Position numbers and translations under genes: made by a program
In this document: one piece after another, positions 32,193 to 40,795 of the stretch
Position numbering within the stretch: the stretch's first letter is position 1
Layout: each line of letters begins with the position of its first letter
The notes under the pieces: generated by a model
What the model saw: only the letters and a program-made list of their open reading frames with translations
Database searches by the model: none
What the model was told of the DNA's origin: nothing
NCBI GenBank assembly: GCA_042408215.1
Contig: JAYFMW010000006.1
Coordinates: 64,001-128,000 of the forward strand
Length of the DNA: 64,000 nucleotides
Direction: 5' to 3'
From: Microcoleus sp.
GTDB taxonomy: Bacteria > Cyanobacteriota > Cyanobacteriia > Cyanobacteriales > Microcoleaceae

Positions 32193-32978
32193 ATGAGTAT
32201 CAGCCGCCGTCAATTTAATCGGATCGTCATCTGGGGTGGCGCTTCTTTTGCTGCTTCCGCCACATCCGGCATCTTTTTCCCCAAACCCGCCGAGGCTTAT
32301 TCCCTAGAATTTCCGATTAGTGCTTTATCAGCCGATCGCGTTTTCAACGGCATTCAAAAATATTGTGGAGCACAAGCCCATCCCCGGCGTTCTATCACCC
32401 ATATTGCAAGGAAATACTAATGTTAGCTCTGACATAAACCCAAATGCCGTTAACAGAATTCGCACCGCTGACCAAGAATTTATCAACCGCAATTTTACCA
32501 GCAAATAGAACCGAATTAGCCAAACTGGCAGAGAGTTCGAGGATGTTATGCTATCAGTACCAGTCGGCTGTGGGGGCGGCAAAGACAGGATAAAGTCGGC
32601 CCGAATGTTGGTTTTGGCTTCGTACAAAAGTGGGAAGATCAATATAGCGATGCCAAAATTTCTGGCCCGACAATGTGCGCTATTCATAACGCTCAAAAAG
32701 TCTTAGCCGATCAAAGATTAACACCTCCAGAAATCGCGGCTTCTGTCTTACCAAGTCGATCGACATTAGATGATACGAGTTCTTGGGGAGGGGATGCGGA
32801 TGCGTCTGCTGGGAGGAATCCCGGTGCTGTTTTTGCTCAATACACTACAGCCGCAGGTACGGTGACATCTCGCTATGATTTAGTAGAACCGGGGCCGAAA
32901 GGTTTTGGGCGGGTTGAGTATATTATTGAAGCGGAAAATCAGCCTCGGCGGGTGATTTTGGTGACGGTGAGGTTTTAG
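32193..32978 (+). pseudogene. Tat-exported hypothetical protein, several frameshifts
   Basis: SRRQF twin-arginine signal and an AEA cleavage site. Coding continues across several frames to the stop at 32978. Confidence 0.6.
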
Positions 32979-32995
32979 GGGAATTATCTGATATC

Positions 32996-33780
32996 GAATC
33001 AAATTCGGCGGTTTAAACCGCTACTACACACACGAAGTCCGCCTTCGCGGACTGAAGAATTAAAGAGATTTTCAGAATCAAATTCGGCGGTTTAAACCGC
33101 TACTACACACACGAAGTCCGCCTTCGCGGACTGAAGAATTAAAGAGATTTTCAGAATCAAATTCGGCGGTTTAAACCGCTACTACACACACGAAGTCCGC
33201 CTTCGCGGACTGAAGAATTAAAGAGATTTTCAGTCCGCGTAGGCGGACTTTGTTTGTGTAGCCCCGAATTCCATTCGGTGGGGCTTTATTAAAGAATTAA
33301 AGAGATTTTCAGTCCGCGTAGGCGGACTTTGTTTGTGTAGCCCCGAATTCCATTCGGTGGGGCTTTATTAAAGAATTAAAGAGATTTTCAGTCCGCGTAG
33401 GCGGACTTTGTTTGTGTAGCCCCGAATTCCATTCGGTGGGGCTTTATTAAAGAATTAAAGAGATTTTCAGTCCGCGTAGGCGGACTTTGTTTGTGTAGCC
33501 CCGAATTCCATTCGGTGGGGCTTTATTAAAGAATTAAAGAGATTTTCAGTCCGCGTAGGCGGACTTTGTTTGTGTAGCCCCGAATTCCATTCGGTGGGGC
33601 TTTATTAAAGAATTAAAGAGATTTTCAGTCCGCGTAGGCGGACTTTGTTTGTGTAGCCCCGAATTCCATTCGGCGGGGCTATTTTTGCTTTGTTTGTGTA
33701 GCCCCGAATTCCATTCGGTGGGGCTATTTTTGCTTTGTTTGTGTAGCCCCGAATTCCATTCGGCGGGGCTATTTTTGCTA
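32996..33780. repeat. Composite tandem array of REP-like units (79 bp x3, 79 bp x~5.7, 45 bp x3)
   Basis: Unit A at 32996, 33075, 33154. Unit B at 33233, 33312, 33391, 33470, 33549, 33628. Unit C at 33643, 33688, 33733. Confidence 0.95.
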
Positions 33781-33793
33781 TTTTTGCAATTGG

Positions 33794-35272
33794 CTATTTT
33801 TGCAATTGACCAATCATATCTAATGCTTTTTGAGCATCTGCGGCCATTCCTTGATCCCTAAATAAACGAGCCGCTTGCTGCAAATCTGCGATCGCCCCTT
33901 GTCTATCTCCCATTCTCACCAAGGTAATTCCTCGGTTAGCAAAAGCCTTTGCATAATTGGGATTGAGTTGAATTGCTTGGGTGTAATCAGCTAAGGCTGA
34001 GCGATCGTTCTTGATGCGAAATAGCGCCAATCCTCTGTTAAAATAAGTATTAGCTCCACCGGGATTAATTTGCAGCGCTTGATTGAAATCGTCGATCGCC
34101 CCTTTTTGATCGCCTAATTCTGAAAGCGCCAATCCTCGGTTGTTGTAAGCCCGCGCAAAGGTTCTATCCTGACGGATGACTTGAGTATAATCGGCGATCG
34201 CCCCTGGTTTATCTCCCATCGCCGACAAAACCAGCCCCCGATTGTAGTAAGCGTCAACATAACTGGCATTTAGGGCGATCGCTTTGCTATAATCAGCGAT
34301 ACTTTTTGGCATTTGTCTCAGATCAAAATAAGCCAGTCCCCGATAGAAATAAGCTTCCGCATAATCCGATTGAGTTTGAATCGCTTGGGTAAAATCCGCC
34401 ACAGCACCTGACAAATCTCCCTTGTCAAACCGACTTAAACCCCGAACGTAATAAGTTTTAGCATCTTGCGGATTGTTCAGTTTCAGAGGTGCATTAGTGG
34501 CGGTGGAAGTATTCACCAAAAGAGCAGAACGATTTAACCCAGCTTCCGACAGTTTAGCGAGAAAAGTGTTAATAGGAATTGCAGAATTAAATCCTGTTTT
34601 AGTGATTGACTCTACAGATGCTCCTGTATCATTTGTCGAAAAATCTAGTTCGCCTTCTCCATGAATCCCCACTACGCGCCCTTCCCCATCAAATACAGGC
34701 CCTCCACTCATTCCTTTTTGAGTGACAGCACTATAACGCAATGTATAACCGCGCTTGTGATTCGGAGAACGACTGGTAACAAAACCCTGTGTAAACTCAG
34801 GATTCTGCTGATTTCTAGATCTATTATTTGGATAGCCAAGCACAAAAATTTGTGTGCCGCTCTCGGCTTGTACAGAATCGCCTAAAGTGACAACTCGATA
34901 AGTTTCTGTGCTGTTAAATGTTACGACTGCTAAATCCAGTTCCCGATCGGTTTTTTGTAATGGCATCACACGAGTTACTTGATGTTCTTTTCCCGTATAA
35001 GTGCGAATTTTATAGGTAACTTGACTATTTGGAACAACGTGTTTAGCTGTCAAAACCGTGTAAGTCGTGCCTTGTTTGGCAATAATAAATCCAGTCCCGC
35101 TACGACTATCTGTTCCATTAATCTGAACGGTGACAGATTCAGCTAATTTGGCAATTTCTTGGGGAGTTTTTGCGAAAACGGGTGCTGCTGCAAAGATGAC
35201 TATTCCTGCTACCGTTACTGTTCCTGCTAGGATGCTGGTGAGGGAATCAAACCGCGAATAACTCCTATTCAT
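33794..35272 (-). CDS. Secreted trypsin-like serine protease with C-terminal TPR repeats
   Basis: Signal peptide, LTAKHV, DLAVV and GMSGGP catalytic triad, about six AYxNRG-type TPRs. Confidence 0.92.
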   Translation of the reverse strand: MNRSYSRFDSLTSILAGTVTVAGIVIFAAAPVFAKTPQEIAKLAESVTVQINGTDSRSGTGFIIAKQGTTYTVLTAKHVVPNSQVTYKIRTYTGKEHQVTRVMPLQKTDRELDLAVVTFNSTETYRVVTLGDSVQAESGTQIFVLGYPNNRSRNQQNPEFTQGFVTSRSPNHKRGYTLRYSAVTQKGMSGGPVFDGEGRVVGIHGEGELDFSTNDTGASVESITKTGFNSAIPINTFLAKLSEAGLNRSALLVNTSTATNAPLKLNNPQDAKTYYVRGLSRFDKGDLSGAVADFTQAIQTQSDYAEAYFYRGLAYFDLRQMPKSIADYSKAIALNASYVDAYYNRGLVLSAMGDKPGAIADYTQVIRQDRTFARAYNNRGLALSELGDQKGAIDDFNQALQINPGGANTYFNRGLALFRIKNDRSALADYTQAIQLNPNYAKAFANRGITLVRMGDRQGAIADLQQAARLFRDQGMAADAQKALDMIGQLQK

Positions 35273-35584
35273 AGTTGATTGCTGAAGACTAAGATTTTTT
35301 ATACTCCGAATATTATAGATGAAAATGAAATGTCCGAAAACCAGAAATGCTGGAGGTTTTCAGACGATCGCGATTTTTCTGACATTTCGTACATTTCGTA
35401 TATTTCCGCTACCCGACTTCTTTAAGAAGTCGGGGCTCTGGGTATTCTGTTTTTTATTGCATCTTCCTTCTTTCTTCTTCCAACTTCGGTCTTCCTTCCC
35501 GGCGTTACATCCGTTACATCCGTGGAGCGAATCCGTTGCCGAACTTCTGGCTTCTGCTATACAATTGTTGATTTTTCAATCGGT

Positions 35585-35956
35585 TCAGTAGACCATCTGT
35601 TTTGACTCTATTTCTAGCAAGCGCAGCAGTCTTTCATCGCCTCTGGCTTTGGCGGCTTGCAGTCGGCGATCGAGAATATTGCAGATATTGGCCCGGTGGA
35701 CTTTCACTATATCCTCAACTGTTAGAGCTGATCTCACCGCTGCTACATTCTCATCGGCTTTTGGAGTTCGGTTGGTGCAATCGGGCCGATCGCGATCGCG
35801 TTGCTGCCAATCTTGGGCTTGTTCAGGGCCCCGAAGGTGTCTGGGATAACGATAGTTCCAGTTGTGACCCCGATATTTGCCCGCGACTTCACCTTCGATC
35901 AGATCGACTGTGGGAATGTCGTAGTCGTAGTTAGAACCGCGATAAGAGAGTTTCAT
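35585..35956 (-). CDS. DUF4278 domain protein
   Basis: MKLSYRG..Y...GKYRG and HRANI...RRLQAAKARGDERL. Confidence 0.8.
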   Translation of the reverse strand: MKLSYRGSNYDYDIPTVDLIEGEVAGKYRGHNWNYRYPRHLRGPEQAQDWQQRDRDRPDCTNRTPKADENVAAVRSALTVEDIVKVHRANICNILDRRLQAAKARGDERLLRLLEIESKQMVY

Positions 35957-36107
35957 ATTTTTTGCTCCTGATATTTATCTAAAAATGGTAGTCTGGTCAG
36001 GCCAGATTTTGCCTGGTAAAAACGTTTTAGTTTCTGTATTATATTTTACCATTTGTTTAAATAACCAGGCCAGTTAAAAAAATTAATATTTAGAGGGAGA
36101 CGGCAGG

Positions 36108-36130
36108 AAAAAACCCGCCAGAGCGGGTTT
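36108..36130 (-). terminator. Rho-independent terminator after the BON gene
   Basis: Minus strand reads AAACCCGC-TCTG-GCGGGTTTTTT. Confidence 0.6.
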
Positions 36131-36222
36131 AGAGGGTGAAGCTGAGGGTAGAAGTCGCACAAGCACCGATGAGAGTTGCACTCCAAACGAGTTGGGTGAG
36201 GGACTCCCACGCTCCCCAGCAA

Positions 36223-36567
36223 CTAGCCGACTGTCACCTGATCGGTTTCCACGCCAGTTGCGCCCTCTTCAGCAGAGGCGATCGCCACCAACTTGTCGAG
36301 AATTTCCTGGCTGGGAACCTGGCCCTTGAGAACCACAGTACCGCTGAGTTGAGCCACCCATACAGTTTCAATATCAGCAACTTCTGAATCGCCGTCAAAA
36401 GCCAAAGCAACGCGCTTCGCCAGGCCGCTTTGATCAAAATTACCGTCAGGGCCCACTTTCGCAGGAGCAATTGATTGCGACTCCGCCGCCTGTTGCACTA
36501 CTTGTGCCATCGCTTGTGCCTGGGGTTCAGGCTTTTCGAGTCCGAATAGTCTTTGAAACCAACCCAT
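36223..36567 (-). CDS. BON domain (phospholipid-binding) protein
   Basis: Likely start MGWFQRL at 36567. SGLAKRVALAFD...VWVAQLSGTVVLKGQVP. Confidence 0.8.
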   Translation of the reverse strand: MGWFQRLFGLEKPEPQAQAMAQVVQQAAESQSIAPAKVGPDGNFDQSGLAKRVALAFDGDSEVADIETVWVAQLSGTVVLKGQVPSQEILDKLVAIASAEEGATGVETDQVTVG

Positions 36568-36774
36568 CGTAGTAGATTCTCCTGACAATACACTTTTTAC
36601 AAGATAGCTCTAGAATTCCCAAAGACTGGTAATTGTTGCAAAACTCAGTGAAATTTCTGAAAATGTTTGGCCGTCAGGCTTTGATAATTCTTGAATCTCG
36701 AATCTTAAATCTCCTATGGTATTGTAAAACTTCATTAAGATTGTAAGCATCAATAGACAATGGTAGTATCATAT

Positions 36775-36952
36775 AGTCAGAAGGGTCGATTGATTAACGC
36801 CGATGTTAACGGGTCTTACAATATTATGCGAAAAGCAATCCCAAATGCCTTGTGCAATGGGATAGAGAGCTGCGTAGTTCAGCCTTAGAAGGGTCAATCC
36901 GCTCGAAGTGAAAGCGAAAGGGGAGGGACTTCATGCCTCCCACGGCACTGTA
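36775..36952 (+). mobile_element. Orphan tnpB 3' end with omegaRNA-like region
   Basis: Translates GRLINADVNGSYNIMRKAIPNA (RuvC-III), followed by hairpins such as GGGAGG..CCTCCC. The rest of the gene is absent. Confidence 0.65.
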
Positions 36953-37130
36953 ATAAATGACTATACTTTTACCAGCTATGTTGATGTGGCTATTTTATGT
37001 AGGGGACACCTAGTACCAGTCATCGACCTGTGCCAAATGATACAGGGGAGGCGGGCCAGCGCTTATATCAATTCCGGTTGCACCGGAATGATATACTGAA
37101 AGAGCATCAAGAATGCAATGAGGACAATTT

Positions 37131-38209
37131 ATGCCTAAACGCCTAAAGTTGGAACCCCATCAAACCCCGTCGGAGTTGTCTAAACTTGATCGTCAAGCAT
37201 CGGACCCAATTGAACGGACACGCTACCAAATAATTTGGCTCTTAGCAACTGGACGAGTTACTGAAGATGTCGCTTCGGTCACAGGTTACTGCCGTAACTC
37301 GATATACCGCTTAGTCCGTCGTTACAATCAATTAGGTGCTAATGGTTTGAAAGACAAACGTCATCAACATCCGGGTACTCAACCTTTACTCTCTGTTGTA
37401 GAACAAGCACAACTTTTGCAAACTTTACAAGCTCCTCCCGCTGATGGAGGATTATGGAACAGTCGTAAAGTTGCTGAGTGGATGAGTAATTTACTTGACC
37501 GTCGAGTTAGCGTACAAAGGGGTTGGGACTATCTACGCTCCTTGGAGTTTCGGTTACGGATACCCAGACCGGAACATGACCTCGCTGACCTTGAGGTCCA
37601 AGAAGCTTGGAAAAAAAACTACGAGCGCAAGCTAAACGAATTCAAAATCAGCATCCATTAGTAGCAGTAGAAGTATGGGGAATGGATGAGCATCGTCTGG
37701 GATTAAAGCCCATAATTCGGCGAGTCTGGGTAGGGTATGGGGAGCAGCCCATAGCCAACGTAAATTGGCGCTATCAATGGCTATGGTTATATGGTTTTGT
37801 ACACCCGTCAACGGGAGAAACATACTTTTGGATTCTCCCAAAAGTTAACATTGAGCTTTTTAACTTAGTTTTAGAAGACTTTGCCAGAGAATTTGGAGTA
37901 GGTAAAGATCAACACATCATCTTAGCTATTGACCAAGCTGGATGGCATACCAGTCCACAAGTTAGAGTCCCAGAAGGTCTACACTTGGAATTTCTGCCCT
38001 CCCATTCTCCCGAATTACAACCAGCAGAGCGTCTATGGCCGTTGGTAAATGAACCAATTGCCAATCGCTCATTTCAAAATCTTGATGAACTAGAGGAAGT
38101 GCTATTTCAGCGCTGTCAAGCTCTTCTCAAGCAACCTTCTTTGATTAAAGGGATTGCTTGTTTCCATTGGTGGCCAAAAACCAAAGCCATATCATTCCGG
38201 TGCAGTTAG
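37131..38209 (+). CDS. IS630 transposase (HTH ORF plus DDE ORF joined by a probable -1 frameshift)
   Basis: A8 run at 37611-37618 in the ORF overlap. WGMDEHRLG, DQAGWH and PSHSPELQPAERLW DDE motifs. Confidence 0.92.
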
Positions 38210-38982
38210 AGAGTCGATGGCAGAGTGTCCCCCACCATCTCTCCTACAAAACCGTGCTTGCGACTTTCACCGCACACGGCTCCTGAGTGATGTAATCCTG
38301 GTTATGGATACAGTACGATCGCATCACGAGATGATTTATACCGCTTGATAGTTTTCCTTTTACCCCTACATCCCACCATCAGATTTTTCTGTGGCATTAG
38401 GCTTTTAAAGGGTTACTCAGTCTCAATCTTTTACACCACCAGGCGCTGTCAGCAGATCTCTGCTATTACAGCAGAGCTTTAGCTTCTGCAACCATCCCTC
38501 ACACTCACAGCTTACGGCTAGCAACCTACTTATTTTTAAGGGCTGTGAGAGCTTTACTTCGTTCCGATTACACATTGGTTGAACATGACAGCGTAATGCT
38601 TTCCACCGGGTTTTTTGGGCAGTGCTGATAAGTCAATCCGATAATTGCTTATGCCCTATCCTTGCCTTTTGGCTTGGTCTATCAGCCATTTGACCATCTA
38701 TCATAACGGTGGTTCAGACACATTTTTGCTTTCGCTACGCATATGTTCTGGCTCGACAGCTACTCCATTTGGCTAAGAGTCTTTCTGCCTTTTATCCCCG
38801 CTTTATCCTGTTAGTTGCTACCTAACAAAATAGGGGATATGCTTTTACCGCTGCACCTGCGGACTGGGACTTGACTTAACGTCTCACCCAGAAGTGTAAT
38901 CAGTTATCACTAACTCGCAGCGGAGTCAGGCTAACCGTCCCTGGATAGGAGAACCTATCCATTTAGGCTAAACGAATCGCAC
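38205..38982 (-). ncRNA. ORF-less group II intron, 778 nt (IIB-like)
   Basis: Minus strand starts GTGCGATTCG and ends CTCTCTAAC. Domain V GAGCCGTGTGCGGTGAAAGTCGCAAGCACGGTTT and a domain VI hairpin are present. Removing it restores the IS630 TIR precisely. Confidence 0.93.
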
Positions 38983-39145
38983 ACCGGAATTGATATTAGA
39001 TGCTCTATATGTAGCAGGACTTTAAGAAATTGGTATTACTCCGAGGGGGGTTCAGCCCCTGTAGGGGCTAGAAAATGTCTAATGCCCGTTAAGATGCCTT
39101 TATCTAAAAGGGTGGTTAGTCTAATACGGGCAGAGAGGTCAAAAT

Positions 39146-39357
39146 GTAAGGATTCAGGTCACTGAACTCCTTGCTGGGCAAAGACTTTAGATATGGAGCT
39201 TGATACTAAATCAATCTCTATTCTCAATAAACCACGAAAAACTGTCACTTCTCCTCGTTTATTGACAATAAACACGAAAGACAAAAACCCTTATTTTGCC
39301 CTAAAACCCTTGCCAGACAAGCGTTGGAGCCGCAAGTTTTTAGACCTGAATCCTTAC
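39146..39357. mobile_element. MITE-like element with a 15-bp TIR (GTAAGGATTCAGGTC)
   Basis: Perfect TIR at 39146-39160 and 39343-39357. No TSD seen. Confidence 0.65.
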
Positions 39358-39698
39358 GCGCTAAGTTAAGCGCGATACGGCTGATGCCACGCTTAATCAC
39401 AACTATCTACAGCATAATTGTGTAGTAACTGATACTGAAAAGCATAATTCTGCCAAATTGGCAACATGGTCTAGTTAAAAAGGCTTTTAATGATTTTAGA
39501 TAGCCAGACTTATATGTCTAAGTATGTAGGCGGGATTAAACCGAACTACACTACGTAATAGTATATAAACATGGCTAAATCACCTACGTTGTAGAAATTG
39601 AATACTTTAGGCGATCAAAATCCCCTCCAATTTATTCTTAGATGGATGAATTTAAGTTCATAAATCAAGTATTGTTAGTTTTCTAAAAGGAGAGATGA

Positions 39699-40772
39699 AT
39701 GACTGCTCAGATTTTAGATCTTGATTCTCAGTATGTGTTGAATTATTGCACTAAATACCTTGCCAGAGAAAACATAGATTTCAGACATAATTTTGGACAG
39801 TTTGGGAGTGAAGATCCTAGAAGCCATATCGCTGAATCCTGGCGATTTCCCATTATTGATGCCTACAGTGACGGTATAAATTTTACTGCCAATTATGAGT
39901 TCAACCGAGTTACTTTTGTTTATCAAAAACGAAGTGACACATCACCTAAAAGTATTGGGTTGATTGGCACATTTACTACGCTTTATGAACCTATCCCCCT
40001 CAAGTCCGTACAGTTTTTTGGAGAAGATACCGGATACTATGCATTAACGGTTGTTGTGCCCAAAGCCGAAGTTCATCTTTACCAATACCTTATCGATAAT
40101 CAACCAACCCTAGACCCAATTAATCCTCAACAAGTGAGCCTCGATAACGGAAAACCTTGGTCGCGATTTTTTACCCAACTTTGTACCCAGCCCCTCAGCT
40201 TTGAAGATTGGGAATTTGAGATTTTAGAACGACTTATCGATCACATCTTACCGTTTCGGACAGAGGAAGGTGAGAATTTTCTCAGTCGCTACTATCAGTC
40301 TCTAGATCGACAAGCTAAAGAATTACAGTATGCCTATGCCTATCGGTTAGACCAATCAGTAGGTGCAGTTAACTTTATCGACAATATTCTTGCCAGAGAA
40401 GAAAATCATCATTTACTGGATTACAAGCTTTGTTTAATGCAAATTGATCGTATTCTGCGGCAACGTAACCCCTATATCGATCCTGCAAAAATGTCAAAAG
40501 AGCTATACATCGATCTGTATAACGAAATGGCTACCGATAGAGTAAATGGATGGAAGTATGACCAGTACGGCAGTCCACTTTACTTTTTGCAACTACTACG
40601 TCGTCACACTTATACGGGCGCATTCTCTCATCCCAAGTATGGAGGGAATGTAGGTGGATCTGGCTGGGCTTATCTATCCGAACGCTATCGAGATGCTCAA
40701 GGGCAAACCCTGTTTGATTGGCGCAAAGCGATCGAGCAACCTTTGGGAATCAATGCTGACTATCACGGTTGA
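39699..40772 (+). CDS. Gluconate 2-dehydrogenase subunit 3-like protein with an N-terminal CBM48/E-set-like domain
   Basis: VTFVY..IGLIGTF..YQYLID..LDPINP (E-set/CBM48 pattern). LIDHILP..GAVNFID..LRRHTYTGAFSHPKYGGN..GW (Gluconate_2-dh3 pattern). Confidence 0.72.
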   Translation: MTAQILDLDSQYVLNYCTKYLARENIDFRHNFGQFGSEDPRSHIAESWRFPIIDAYSDGINFTANYEFNRVTFVYQKRSDTSPKSIGLIGTFTTLYEPIPLKSVQFFGEDTGYYALTVVVPKAEVHLYQYLIDNQPTLDPINPQQVSLDNGKPWSRFFTQLCTQPLSFEDWEFEILERLIDHILPFRTEEGENFLSRYYQSLDRQAKELQYAYAYRLDQSVGAVNFIDNILAREENHHLLDYKLCLMQIDRILRQRNPYIDPAKMSKELYIDLYNEMATDRVNGWKYDQYGSPLYFLQLLRRHTYTGAFSHPKYGGNVGGSGWAYLSERYRDAQGQTLFDWRKAIEQPLGINADYHG

Positions 40773-40795
40773 TTGACGATTTTTAGGAGTCTTGT

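Larger units (their letters stand above)
37065..38996 (+). mobile_element. IS630 family insertion sequence, right TIR interrupted by a group II intron
   Basis: The 30-bp left TIR (37065-37094) is the exact reverse complement of 38189-38204 joined to 38983-38996. Confidence 0.9.

Noticed and set aside
32996..33780. Possible CRISPR array
   Set aside because: Whole units are identical with no unique spacers, and there are no cas genes. It is a tandem REP amplification.
38154..38348. 64-aa ORF as an intron-encoded protein
   Set aside because: Wrong strand for the intron and no RT motifs. It overlaps domains V and VI.
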